IMG/VR virus record: IMGVR_UViG_3300033069_001193
Coordinates: 21,783-85,782 of that record
Strand: one strand, 5' to 3'
Source of the DNA: a virus
Lineage: Duplodnaviria; Caudoviricetes
Length of the DNA: 64,000 nucleotides
A model generated the notes under the pieces. It did not search any database and was not told where the DNA came from. It worked only from the letters and a program-made list of their open reading frames with translations. Positions 8,500-17,544 of this stretch are shown here, piece after piece. How positions within the stretch are numbered: the stretch's first letter is position 1; the number at the start of each line of letters is the position of its first letter. The translations under genes were made by a program, and so were the position numbers.

Positions 8500-9465
8500 T
8501 CACTTGACGATCTCTCTAAAATACTTGATCGAATGACTTAGACCTTCGGCGAGCATCACTCGAGGCTCCCACTTCAAGATCTCTTTAGCCTTCGTGATAT
8601 CAGGACGACGTTGAAGTGGATCGTCAACTGGCAACGGCAGTACCTCTAGCTCAACTTCCTTGTCTACCACCTTGCAGACCTCATCTGCGAGCTCCTTGAC
8701 GGTAAATTCGACAGGATTTCCCAGGTTGATGGGTCCCCCGGGGTTCGCTGACAGTTCACCCATCGCCACGATCCCACGAATCAAGTCATCAACGTAGCAA
8801 AATGACCGGGTCTGTGCGCCAGTACCGTAAATTGTCAGCTTTTCACCGCGGAGTACCTGACAGATGAAATTGCTGACGACTCTGCCGTCTCGGGGGTCCA
8901 TGTGCGGTCCGTAGGTGTTGAAGATCCGGACCGTTCGAACGTCTGCCCACCGATGTGACCAAAAGTCGAAACACAGGGCCTCTGCTGCCCGCTTGCCTTC
9001 GTCGTAGCAGGCACGAGGACCATACGAATTGACGTAGCCGCGGTAACTCTCTTCTTGCGGTGACTGGTCGGGGTCACCATAGACCTCAGACGTTGAGGCG
9101 TGGACGACAACGGCACGCGCCGCGGCGGCCAGCTCCAGGACATTCTTGGTGCCCGCCACGCACGTCATCAGGGTGTGAACAGGCATCGCCTGGTACTTGG
9201 GAGGGGAAGCAGGACAGGCGAAGTTGTAGATCAGATCGAACTTGACCCTCTTGATGCTTTGTCTCCACCCACCTTCGAATGTGCTGATGTCTCCTGTCAG
9301 GAAGGTGAAATGATCGTACGAGAGCAGCTCTCGATAGTGATCGCTACCCCTACTCGACGAGCAAAAGTCATCTACACCCCAGACCCGGTCACCTGCGCGC
9401 AGGTGATGCAGCGCCAGGTGTGAACCTAGGAAGCCAGCAACACCGGTCACCAAGACGTTCTTCAT
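8500..9465 (-). CDS. UDP-glucuronate decarboxylase (UDP-xylose synthase)-like extended SDR
   Basis: TGVAGFLG Rossmann motif, ACPASPPKY, ASTSEVYGDP, YDEGKRAAE, RIFNTYGP, SFCYVDDL. Confidence 0.88.
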   Translation of the reverse strand: MKNVLVTGVAGFLGSHLALHHLRAGDRVWGVDDFCSSSRGSDHYRELLSYDHFTFLTGDISTFEGGWRQSIKRVKFDLIYNFACPASPPKYQAMPVHTLMTCVAGTKNVLELAAAARAVVVHASTSEVYGDPDQSPQEESYRGYVNSYGPRACYDEGKRAAEALCFDFWSHRWADVRTVRIFNTYGPHMDPRDGRVVSNFICQVLRGEKLTIYGTGAQTRSFCYVDDLIRGIVAMGELSANPGGPINLGNPVEFTVKELADEVCKVVDKEVELEVLPLPVDDPLQRRPDITKAKEILKWEPRVMLAEGLSHSIKYFREIVK

Positions 9466-9506
9466 TGCCTAGAATGTACCTCGCGACCGGTCAGCTGTTC
9501 AGGCGC

Positions 9507-9513
9507 CTACTTA
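9507..9513 (+). promoter_or_regulatory. putative late promoter CTACTTA
   Basis: 5 nt before the ATG at 9519. Confidence 0.55.
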
Positions 9514-9518
9514 CAGGC

Positions 9519-9716
9519 ATGGCACATCGACTTGACGAAGGCACAGTTCAACAGCTCGAAAAGGCGCTCAATGAGCGGTTCGGTGATCCGCTGTCGACAG
9601 TGATCCAGGAGGTGCAGGTCGCAGAACCTGCGACCTGCAACAAGTGTGGTTTCATGGCCGAGGACGACGAAATGACGTGTCAAAACTGCGGTTCCATGCC
9701 ATCATCATTGTACTGA
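9519..9716 (+). CDS. small zinc-ribbon protein
   Basis: CNKC...CQNC; plus-strand singleton with a late-type element; convergent with the next gene. Confidence 0.65.
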   Translation: MAHRLDEGTVQQLEKALNERFGDPLSTVIQEVQVAEPATCNKCGFMAEDDEMTCQNCGSMPSSLY

Positions 9717-10259
9717 TCAGCCATCGCTCGGATCCCACGTCTGCTCGTGGCCTGAATCATCCATCTTTTTGACACGCATCCTGTTGCCGTCTGGCGTCAT
9801 GGTCGCGTATTCACCGCCCTTGAACCGGGTATCAGGTCCAGACTTGTAGAGCTGCTTCTTGACGCGAGCCACAGCAGGAGCGCCGTAGCGGCCACCGCCC
9901 GGGTAGACCTTGTACGTCTCCTTGGCCTTTGAAGGCGCGCGCGGGGCCCTAGGTTCACCAGGCACGCCAGCAGCTGGTGCCATAGCAGGATCCTGACGCA
10001 ACCTGACTACACCGGCACGACGCAGTTTCTTGGCCATGTCAGGTTCAATGTACTTCTCGTCGGCCAGAATCGCATTTCGATCTTCTCGACCGATGCCAGC
10101 ACTGAGCAGGGCGACTCGGATCCGTTCAATGTTGCCGACCCATGACGTCACCTCACCTGTGAAGTCATCGACCGAATGCACCACGGTTTCGCGAGCGTCC
10201 AAGGTCTCCGCTTCCTCGCGGAGAAGTCCACGCAATTGTCCAACAGTGATCTTGATCAC
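9717..10259 (-). CDS. leader-bearing hypothetical protein
   Basis: GTG at 10259 overlaps the upstream stop; (M)IKITVGQLRGLLREE leader. Confidence 0.7.
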   Translation of the reverse strand: MIKITVGQLRGLLREEAETLDARETVVHSVDDFTGEVTSWVGNIERIRVALLSAGIGREDRNAILADEKYIEPDMAKKLRRAGVVRLRQDPAMAPAAGVPGEPRAPRAPSKAKETYKVYPGGGRYGAPAVARVKKQLYKSGPDTRFKGGEYATMTPDGNRMRVKKMDDSGHEQTWDPSDG

Positions 10260-10837
10260 ATTCCCAGCGCATTCTGAGCGCATTTGCGCCCCAACAGGTA
10301 AACGTGCTTCTCGTGTCTGTCTGCAATTGATTGCAGCAAGTTCTCGATACCAGACGTGGTGGTGCCGTTCTGATCCATGCTTTGCAACGCCATGTCAACG
10401 TACTGCAAGAGATTGCGTTCCGCACTCAGCGACGCCTTTGCGAGCTCACTGGTGTGTGGAACGGTCTGCGGTGAGTCCATATCCTGGGCGAGTCTCACCA
10501 TTTGATGCAGCTGCGTCACCAAGGTGACGTTCTGCTCGCTGCCCAGGCCCACCGCCTTCTCAGCCACCTCGTCGGCGTCTTCTAGTGTCCGCTCGTACAG
10601 CTTGTAGAACAGTTCATGGTCGCCGTAGAACTGGTCTCCCTTGGCGACCCAATGGTGCGTCTGGTGCAACATGGCCAGGTAACGCAAGGAAGCCAATAGC
10701 TGTGACAGCTCAGCATAAGGCACGCCTGCGTGGCTGGCCAACGAGTTGTCGTAGGCAAGCTCAGGAGGCGGTCCCGCAGAGGGTGCACCGCCCTCCTCAG
10801 ATGCTGCGACCTGGATCCATTCAGCCAGCGTCCTCAT
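10256..10837 (-). CDS. dps: Dps/ferritin-like protein
   Basis: HQTHHWVAKGDQFYGDHELFYKLYE...DADEVAE matches the Dps ferroxidase-centre pattern; ~35-aa N-terminal extension. Confidence 0.75.
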   Translation of the reverse strand: MRTLAEWIQVAASEEGGAPSAGPPPELAYDNSLASHAGVPYAELSQLLASLRYLAMLHQTHHWVAKGDQFYGDHELFYKLYERTLEDADEVAEKAVGLGSEQNVTLVTQLHQMVRLAQDMDSPQTVPHTSELAKASLSAERNLLQYVDMALQSMDQNGTTTSGIENLLQSIADRHEKHVYLLGRKCAQNALGM

Positions 10838-10849
10838 CGTTGAGATCCT

Positions 10850-12010
10850 TCACTTCAGGATGCAGGTGAAGCCGACCTTGCCTTGGTCAGACGGATGTAC
10901 CGTCCACTCCAAACGCATCGGTTCGCCCGCCTGTGCCTGCCGACGATTCCAGTTTTCACAGAAGACGTCAAGGGCCCGTTCATCGACGGGCCGGAAGCTA
11001 CCGTGGTGAGGCAACCAGCCGACGCAGGGGACCAGCGTCTGCTTGGCATTGCCTTCGCCAAGGCGGTACTTCCTGATGCCCAGCGGCATGATGCTCTCCT
11101 TGATCTGGAAGACCCGAGCGGCCCTCTCGAGGTATTGATCGCGGGTCAGCTGACTCTCAACGAGGGTCCAGACTTCGTCGACCTGCTCCTTAAACTCGGG
11201 CATCATGCCCTCCTCAATGAGCTCATGCTCGGCCTGACCTTTAAGCCAGGTGAGAGTCTCATTGAGGGCGTCACGCTTCAGTGCCATATCTTCCTTCTCC
11301 TTGATGAGCCGCTGAACGTTTTTCAGCAGCTTCATCTCATCGACCTCGACACCAGACGTCTCCCTGAGACTGACACAGTAGCGATGTACTGCAATCTCTT
11401 CCCAGGAATGCTCGATGTTCTTCCCGTACTCGTACATCAGGTTTTGTGCCTGTGCCTGGTACCAGGCCTCCGTCAGTTCAGGACCTTGACCCGTCCGGAC
11501 TGTGTCGCCGAGACGTTCCTTGTCCTTCGTCGGATCGTGACCGATAGGCTGCTGGGCTGGCTTCTTGATGCCCGCCTCGTGCAGTTTCTTCTGCCGGAAG
11601 ATGGCACGCAGGCCATCATCCTTGGGGAAGCGTTTGATCATCTCACGAATTGCATTGAGAGACAGTCGACCCGCGGCCGCGGCGCGAACCTCAGGGCTCC
11701 TGTCATTGGCAGCCCTGGACAGGAAACGTTCCGGGACGATACGAGCAGCAAACTTGCGGATCTCTGGATCACGGTGATCCAGCCACTTAGGCGTCAATCG
11801 AGACTCCCACTCTAAGGCGTCGATTCGGCCCGTCCGGGTCAGCACGTCGAGGCGGTCGTTGGCAGCGGCAACCACTTCGTGAAGCCGTCCTTCCGTCACC
11901 ACGACCGGTCCCAGGACTCGACCGATCTCGGCCTTGAGCTCTTGCCCGTGCCGTTCCTCGTCGAGCGTCCTGTCTAGCAGCTTTTGAAGGGAATTGAGCT
12001 TCAGGTGCAT
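10850..12010 (-). CDS. late hypothetical protein, probably virion/head-associated
   Basis: 386 aa; leader-like N-terminus, HEAT-like repeats, several L-x-E sites; late element plus SD upstream. Confidence 0.7.
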   Translation of the reverse strand: MHLKLNSLQKLLDRTLDEERHGQELKAEIGRVLGPVVVTEGRLHEVVAAANDRLDVLTRTGRIDALEWESRLTPKWLDHRDPEIRKFAARIVPERFLSRAANDRSPEVRAAAAGRLSLNAIREMIKRFPKDDGLRAIFRQKKLHEAGIKKPAQQPIGHDPTKDKERLGDTVRTGQGPELTEAWYQAQAQNLMYEYGKNIEHSWEEIAVHRYCVSLRETSGVEVDEMKLLKNVQRLIKEKEDMALKRDALNETLTWLKGQAEHELIEEGMMPEFKEQVDEVWTLVESQLTRDQYLERAARVFQIKESIMPLGIRKYRLGEGNAKQTLVPCVGWLPHHGSFRPVDERALDVFCENWNRRQAQAGEPMRLEWTVHPSDQGKVGFTCILK

Positions 12011-12031
12011 ACGCGAGGGCTCCTGAAGCTG

Positions 12032-12038
12032 TAACTAT
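12032..12038 (-). promoter_or_regulatory. putative late promoter ATAGTTA
   Basis: 21 nt upstream of the ATG at 12010, with a CAGGAG SD between. Confidence 0.6.
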
Positions 12039-12100
12039 GGCGCCCGCTCGCCGTTTGGACATCAGGCAACCACAGACATTCTGTCTGTGTTGAGATTGCG

Positions 12101-12268
12101 CTAGGCGCTGTTATCGTAGATCACAGGTTCTGATCGGTTGGGAACTGTCAGCGTCCTCTTCAATTGTTGTCGGCGCCATTTACGCATCAGCTTCTTCGCC
12201 GTGCGACGCTGCCTCGTTGTCCACAATGACTCCCACTGCCTGGCATGACGCCCGTAGCTGAAGGCCAT
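12101..12268 (-). CDS. small basic hypothetical protein
   Basis: ATG at 12268 touches the HNH stop; Arg/Lys-rich. Confidence 0.45.
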   Translation of the reverse strand: MAFSYGRHARQWESLWTTRQRRTAKKLMRKWRRQQLKRTLTVPNRSEPVIYDNSA

Positions 12269-12801
12269 CAGTCTTCTTTCGGAATGTACGACTCCCATGA
12301 ATCGTGCCAGTGACTGGACTTCATGGCATCCCAGAAGTGGGTGGCCGAAGGCGCCGATGGCTTGCGTGCCAGCGGCATGCCCGCCTCGTCAGGCGTCTTG
12401 TTTGCCTTGCGTTTGTTGCAGGCATGACATGCCGCGACGCAGTTATGCCACGTTGTCTTGCCGCCTCGGGAAGAGGGCATCACATGCTCGAGCTCGACTG
12501 TGGCAGCCGTCAGCTTGGTACCGCAGTACTGGCACCGCCAGTTGTCACGGTTGAACAACACGCGCTTTCGGAAACGCGGTGGCTTCCACTTCTTGTTGAT
12601 CCGATTGATCAGGCGCATGGTCGCCGGCACCTCGATAGCCGTCGAGGGCGACCGGAAGAACTCGCCATTCCAAACCGCCGGCTTGCCATCGAGCCCGTAC
12701 ACGACCTCAGCCGTCCCCTTGTAGAAGTGGATGACGGCCTCCACGTCACTGATGAAGCGCAGAGGCGTGTAGTCAGCATTGAGCAAAAGGGCACGGTGCA
12801 C
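12268..12801 (-). CDS. HNH endonuclease (McrA-like)
   Basis: LLLNADYTPL...RDNWRCQYCG...EHVMPSSRGGKTTWHNCVAACHACNKRK. Confidence 0.9.
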   Translation of the reverse strand: MHRALLLNADYTPLRFISDVEAVIHFYKGTAEVVYGLDGKPAVWNGEFFRSPSTAIEVPATMRLINRINKKWKPPRFRKRVLFNRDNWRCQYCGTKLTAATVELEHVMPSSRGGKTTWHNCVAACHACNKRKANKTPDEAGMPLARKPSAPSATHFWDAMKSSHWHDSWESYIPKED

Positions 12802-12934
12802 GAGCGGTTCCTCCTATCCGACTGTATACCTAGGCGGCACAATGTGCACGGTTGGGATGCAATGACCTTAGCCCGCTTGGGGCCCTCACCCGAAGGCTAC
12901 TAGAATAATCGGGAGACCGACGACGGGGTAACCT

Positions 12935-12955
12935 AAGGCTCACATGGGCCTTTTT
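12935..12955 (+). terminator. rho-independent terminator-like hairpin
   Basis: AAGGCTC-ACAT-GGGCCTT followed by T-run on the plus strand, convergent with the minus-strand gene ending at 12961. Confidence 0.45.
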
Positions 12956-12960
12956 CGTGT

Positions 12961-13908
12961 CTACAGGGGCATGCGCTTCCGAATCTCCTGCATTGCCAAG
13001 TCGTAGTGGCCCGGAGCCGGATGAAAGATCGCCGACAGTTCCAGCAACCGCTCGGCGGTCAGGGTCGACATGATAGGTTTGAGGAGCTTCTGGATCTTGG
13101 TCGGGTACAAGGCAACATGCTTCAACATGGTGTTCTTGCTGACAGCCTGATCCATGTCCTCCCTCGAGAGCTCGGCCTGGTGTTCCTGGAACCACTGCAA
13201 CGTCTCGATGGCTGCCTCGGCCAAGTGATCAGCAGTCGCAGGGGTCACGTGTTTGTAACCTTTGTGCCGCAACCACTTGAAGAAGCGGTTGACGGTCCAC
13301 GGGGTCTTCCAGGTCGACACATGGATGACTTGTCCCCTCTCGAGGGCCTCCCAGTGCTCCGGGATGATAAGCTCGTCCTCAGTGAAGGCCACCATCCCGT
13401 TGTAGATGTCGAAGCGAGACAGTTGTTCCTCGATTGGCATCACAAAGCGAGTGATCACCTGGATCCGAACGTCTCTCGGGACCACATGCTCGACTGCAGT
13501 TCCCGTCGCCGTCTCGGCTGCCCACACCGCGTTGCTCTCCATCATCTTGAGACGTCGCGGGTCGCTCAGAAAGCCATGAGCGGATGCATCATCCGGAAAC
13601 CAGACGTCGATGTCACCGCAGCGAGGATTGACCCGCCACAGCGGCATGTTGAGAGGCATGAGCCGGGGATCTTTCGGAAGATCTAGGTGGCTTCGTACCC
13701 GGTGATGCAGGTTGCCGATGATCTTGCTTTCCTGCAGGACGAACCACCGAGCCATCAACGTCCCAAAGCCTCCAGCGATGTAGCCTCCATGGTCGAAAGC
13801 CACACGTAGCAGGTGACACGTCGTCCCAGTCAGGATGCGTTCACGGAACATCCTGACCAGGAGACGAAAAGGCAGAGGTCGCCTCTCGAAGTTGATCGAA
13901 TCGGTCAC
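12961..13908 (-). CDS. Pol-beta superfamily nucleotidyltransferase-like protein
   Basis: GGYIAGGFG...GDIDVWF and LSRFDI motifs typical of tRNA-NTase/poly(A) polymerase head-like domains; GTG start inferred. Confidence 0.65.
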   Translation of the reverse strand: MTDSINFERRPLPFRLLVRMFRERILTGTTCHLLRVAFDHGGYIAGGFGTLMARWFVLQESKIIGNLHHRVRSHLDLPKDPRLMPLNMPLWRVNPRCGDIDVWFPDDASAHGFLSDPRRLKMMESNAVWAAETATGTAVEHVVPRDVRIQVITRFVMPIEEQLSRFDIYNGMVAFTEDELIIPEHWEALERGQVIHVSTWKTPWTVNRFFKWLRHKGYKHVTPATADHLAEAAIETLQWFQEHQAELSREDMDQAVSKNTMLKHVALYPTKIQKLLKPIMSTLTAERLLELSAIFHPAPGHYDLAMQEIRKRMPL

Positions 13909-13912
13909 GTGA

Positions 13913-14092
13913 TCACCCTTCAACGATCGTCCGGACCACGGTCGACTGATTGCGTGACTGTTGCATGTATGATGCCAACAGCATGTTGATCTCGAGGAGC
14001 TCTGCACGCAGAGGCTCCACTGCCGCAAGTTGCTTCTCAAGCTCGTTCTTGCGAATCTCGAGAACAGTGCGGTGCTTGCACGATTCCGTCAC
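13913..14092 (-). CDS. small coiled-coil hypothetical protein (59 aa, absent from the ORF track)
   Basis: GTG at 14092 overlaps the upstream stop; LEIRKNELEKQLAAVEPLRAELLEI heptads; fills the gap in the operon. Confidence 0.55.
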   Translation of the reverse strand: MTESCKHRTVLEIRKNELEKQLAAVEPLRAELLEINMLLASYMQQSRNQSTVVRTIVEG

Positions 14093-14430
14093 GGAGACAC
14101 CAGTTGCTGGAGGCGATCACGCAGGAGGGCGACCTGTTCGATCGCCTGTTCGGCACCCTGGCCAGCCTCGAAGTACCGGCGGGCCATTTGTGCCTTTTTC
14201 GCCGGAGACCACTTCTTGGCACTTCGGCGCTGCATCAGGTCAGCGAGGCGCTGCTTACGACCTTCGGCGAAGGTGCCGTGACGGGCGTATCCCGCCATCA
14301 TTGCCTCGAGCCGTTCGGGCGTGTCCTGCTGGGGAGCCACGGGTTGATTGCCGATGAGGGGACGCTTGTTTTCTTCCACGATCAGACCTCTCTTGGTCCC
14401 CATCACGGGGACCATGTGAATCCGCATCAC
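14089..14430 (-). CDS. hypothetical protein
   Basis: ORF in operon orientation, tightly packed with its neighbours. Confidence 0.6.
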   Translation of the reverse strand: MMRIHMVPVMGTKRGLIVEENKRPLIGNQPVAPQQDTPERLEAMMAGYARHGTFAEGRKQRLADLMQRRSAKKWSPAKKAQMARRYFEAGQGAEQAIEQVALLRDRLQQLVSP

Positions 14431-14435
14431 GGACT

Positions 14436-15230
14436 TTAACCTACTTCAAAGGCCTGCCTTTTTACAATAATGCGTTGCACCATGGTTTCAAAGGCTTGCT
14501 CGTCTCGTTCAAAGACAAGGAATCGTCGGCCTAGCTTGCTAGCTGCAAGTGCTGTGGTTCCTGAACCCGCAAACGGGTCAATGACCCACTCTCCCGGCCT
14601 CGTGTGTGCTTCGATCGGAACCTCGGCAGTGCGTTGGGCCTTTTGGGCATCGTGTACTTTGCCTCGCATCACTTCTGTGATGTCTGTCCAGACGTTGGCC
14701 CGACGATAGAACTCGCTCTTGGCCGGGTACCGCTCATCGTACCCTGTATAGCCGCGTTTCTCTTCCAGCAACGGCACGTTAAAGCACCGAGGCTTCTTGA
14801 TGTTGGGACCGTTGATCAGGTAAGCGCATTCTTCTCGGGTGAACAGGTAGTTGTGTTGCACTCCATAGGCGCGGCGTTTTTTCCAGGTGATCAAGTTGGC
14901 AAGGCGCAGGTTCGTCTGCGACTCTACGTCGATCAAGTACCTGAGGAACGGTCGGAAGCCCGGCGTGCCGATGCCACCCCACACGTAGAAGGCTGCGTTG
15001 GGTAACAAGGCACGCGACCACAGGTCGGTCCATAGCACCATCCAGTGAGCAAAGTCAGCCGCTGTGCCTTCCCACCTGTCCCATCCCACAGGCAACACGT
15101 TGCCGTAAGGAGGATCTGCGTGGATCAGCGGCACCTGTCCACCGCACAGTTCCAAGGCGAGCTCGACGGCTTCTTGTGTGGTCGAGTCTCCGCAGGCGGC
15201 ATAGCCGCCTGCGAGGTCAACGACCTTCAC
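14436..15230 (-). CDS. DNA methyltransferase, N6-A/N4-C (beta-class order)
   Basis: HADPPY catalytic motif precedes the VIDPFAGSGTT SAM-binding motif. Confidence 0.88.
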   Translation of the reverse strand: MKVVDLAGGYAACGDSTTQEAVELALELCGGQVPLIHADPPYGNVLPVGWDRWEGTAADFAHWMVLWTDLWSRALLPNAAFYVWGGIGTPGFRPFLRYLIDVESQTNLRLANLITWKKRRAYGVQHNYLFTREECAYLINGPNIKKPRCFNVPLLEEKRGYTGYDERYPAKSEFYRRANVWTDITEVMRGKVHDAQKAQRTAEVPIEAHTRPGEWVIDPFAGSGTTALAASKLGRRFLVFERDEQAFETMVQRIIVKRQAFEVG

Positions 15231-16039
15231 GCTACCTCTACCAGCCCCTGCAGCTCAGGCCTGTCGTACTCGGCTCCACCGACCAGGACCCTCAAGTTGT
15301 TGGTGATCTTGCCTTCGAACTTGCCGTGGGTGTGACCGCACAGCACGGTGAAGGTGTGGTTCGGGAAGGCCTGTGAGGCCGCCAGCAGCATATCACCCAT
15401 CATCTTTGACGTGAACCAAGGCTGCGCGTGCTCATCACCCACTTTTCCTTCGTGGACGTGCGTCTCACGAAACGGTGGATAGTGCGTCAGGACAATGATG
15501 TTTTTGTGATAGCGCGTTGCCCTCTTGATGCCTTCATGAACGTGTAGCACGCCTTCATGTGCCAGCTTGCGAGCCTGAGTGACGATAGTCGCCTTGTTGC
15601 TGTTGACTTGACGGAAGTCGTGAATCGCCTTCCAGTCGACCATCTGGTAATTGCTGCCTTGCCAGTCGCCGATGTGAGCATCGTACCAGCCATCGTGACC
15701 CACAACAGCAGTGGTGGGCGTCAGGCCGTAGTACGGCATCGTCGGCATGTAGCGTAGGAAGGAGCTCATCCGAGACAGCTCCTTCATCCGCTTGCGGACT
15801 TCGTCGATCTGCCCCCCGAAGTAGTCATGGTTACCCAGGACGAAGTAGACGGGTCGCTGAGCGACACGTTCGATCGCCGACAGATGGTAGACCAGTTTCG
15901 GTGCGACAGACAGGTCACCTGTCAACAGGATGCCTGTCGGATTGTTCTTGATGAGTGATTCTGCGAAGGTGACCAGGCGCTGGTCGTCATCCCGCAGAAA
16001 GTCGAGATGGATATCGGTGGCCCATGCGTAGTGCGGCAT
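15227..16039 (-). CDS. calcineurin-like metallophosphoesterase
   Basis: TDIHLD, LTGDL, LGNHD, LTHYPP, CGHTH. Confidence 0.9.
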   Translation of the reverse strand: MPHYAWATDIHLDFLRDDDQRLVTFAESLIKNNPTGILLTGDLSVAPKLVYHLSAIERVAQRPVYFVLGNHDYFGGQIDEVRKRMKELSRMSSFLRYMPTMPYYGLTPTTAVVGHDGWYDAHIGDWQGSNYQMVDWKAIHDFRQVNSNKATIVTQARKLAHEGVLHVHEGIKRATRYHKNIIVLTHYPPFRETHVHEGKVGDEHAQPWFTSKMMGDMLLAASQAFPNHTFTVLCGHTHGKFEGKITNNLRVLVGGAEYDRPELQGLVEVA

Positions 16040-16080
16040 AAGCCGATCGTACCGCACGCGCGGTACCGTGTACAGAACTA

Positions 16081-16458
16081 TCACCGTGGCGGGGAACTCT
16101 GCACAGGCCAGCACTTCGAGCAGGGCCCAACATCCAGGTGTTCCCGGTTGCAGAAGCGATCGTTAATGACCTCAAGGCAACGGGCCTTGGCCTCTTCCGG
16201 CGTCTTGAACTGGTGCCCCGCAGCGAAGACCTCGCCTGTCACCGGATGGTAGGCCGTCCAGCTCCACTTGCCACGGACGTCGGCGCCGCCGTCGACACGC
16301 AACCAGACATCGGCCGCACGATCCCTTGCGCCCGTCACCGACAGACTCACGTTGGAAGCGTCGAAGAAATACCCGAGCTCCCACCACAGGTCGAAGCCGC
16401 CCTCCCTGTCGTCGACCCAGTCGCCGAGGAAGGCGTTGTATGACAGCTTGATGTTCAC
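16081..16458 (-). CDS. hypothetical protein
   Basis: ORF coupled to the Nudix gene by an ATGA overlap. Confidence 0.6.
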   Translation of the reverse strand: MNIKLSYNAFLGDWVDDREGGFDLWWELGYFFDASNVSLSVTGARDRAADVWLRVDGGADVRGKWSWTAYHPVTGEVFAAGHQFKTPEEAKARCLEVINDRFCNREHLDVGPCSKCWPVQSSPPR

Positions 16459-16898
16459 TTCATCTCCTTGAAACGTAGGGGCAGCTCATACGAGCTGGTG
16501 TCCATGCAGAAAGGAACCAGCCAACGCAAGTTCCTCAACGTGTTCTGATCAGAAAGGCGATCGACATACCAGTACTCCACCTGCTCGTGGGTCAACTGAA
16601 CGCCAACAGCGCTTTCCAGGAATGAATCGTCGAAACGGCCCCGGAAGAAGGTGACCTCCCACTGTGGACTGTCGAGGACAGCAAACAACTGCCAGTCACC
16701 TGGCGACGTCTGCAGTCCGGTCTCCTCGTGGAATTCCCTCACCATGGCATCGATGGGTTGTTCACCAAGCTCCAACTTGCCACCCACGCCGTTGAGCTTG
16801 CCGGCCTGCGAGGCGGGCTTCTGCTTGCGAATCAGCAACAAGCCTGTCATGTCGTGTGAAAAAGCAAAGCCCACCACACCTCGCGTCCTGTCATTCAC
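16455..16898 (-). CDS. Nudix hydrolase
   Basis: GGKLELGEQPIDAMVREFHEETG Nudix box. Confidence 0.9.
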   Translation of the reverse strand: MNDRTRGVVGFAFSHDMTGLLLIRKQKPASQAGKLNGVGGKLELGEQPIDAMVREFHEETGLQTSPGDWQLFAVLDSPQWEVTFFRGRFDDSFLESAVGVQLTHEQVEYWYVDRLSDQNTLRNLRWLVPFCMDTSSYELPLRFKEMK

Positions 16899-16937
16899 TT
16901 GGCAACCTCGTTGCGGGCCGACAAGCGGTTCGGAAGC

Positions 16938-17261
16938 TCACAGTGACACTCCTACGTCCACTCGGATCTGGACTTGGGCCTCGGCCATCTTCGCAGCGAA
17001 GATGAAGAAGTTCTTCTTGGACTGTGTCGCCTCGCCCACCCACTGCTCGAGGACGTCCTTCGAAGGAAAGGCGTAATAGCGGACGATGGGCCTCTGGTAG
17101 CTGCCCCCACCTTCGGTGTGACTCCACCCACTGTCAATGTTGACGGTGTCAAAGACACAGGCTGCGTAGTGCGAGGCCTTGGGGGCCTGGGCCGCTTCGC
17201 AGACTTCGTACTCCCGCCAGTTGTAGTCGCTGTAGTCACGAATACCGAGCATCGAATTCAT
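16938..17261 (-). CDS. hypothetical protein
   Basis: ORF in operon orientation with GGAGG SD. Confidence 0.65.
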   Translation of the reverse strand: MNSMLGIRDYSDYNWREYEVCEAAQAPKASHYAACVFDTVNIDSGWSHTEGGGSYQRPIVRYYAFPSKDVLEQWVGEATQSKKNFFIFAAKMAEAQVQIRVDVGVSL

Positions 17262-17319
17262 CTGAACCTCCTGGGCCTCTGAAGCCAGTCTAGTCCGGCT
17301 CGGGCCAAGATTGCATTGC

Positions 17320-17544
17320 TCAACACGGATTGCTGCGGTAGTGTTGGACCAACATCAGAACCTCATCTACTTGCAAGTCGTCGCAGTCCTTGTACGACTT
17401 ACCCATGTGATGTTGGATGCGCTCCCACAGGTGAGCGTACGGATTACGCTTGCTGAGACCCGGATGGAGCGGGAGCTTCCCATCGAGGTGGGCTCCCGCC
17501 TCCTTGACCGCCTCCTGGACTCGTTTGCGGTTGTCAGGCGACAC
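17320..17544 (-). CDS. small hypothetical protein
   Basis: GTG overlaps the PNKP stop (TAGTG); NPYAHLWERI...GKSYKDC. Confidence 0.6.
   Translation of the reverse strand: MSPDNRKRVQEAVKEAGAHLDGKLPLHPGLSKRNPYAHLWERIQHHMGKSYKDCDDLQVDEVLMLVQHYRSNPC

Noticed and set aside
12840-12960. Twister, pistol or HDV-like ribozyme
   Set aside because: Short matches (CCCAAGC, CTAAGG) exist but the required pairings and catalytic motifs could not be built by eye.
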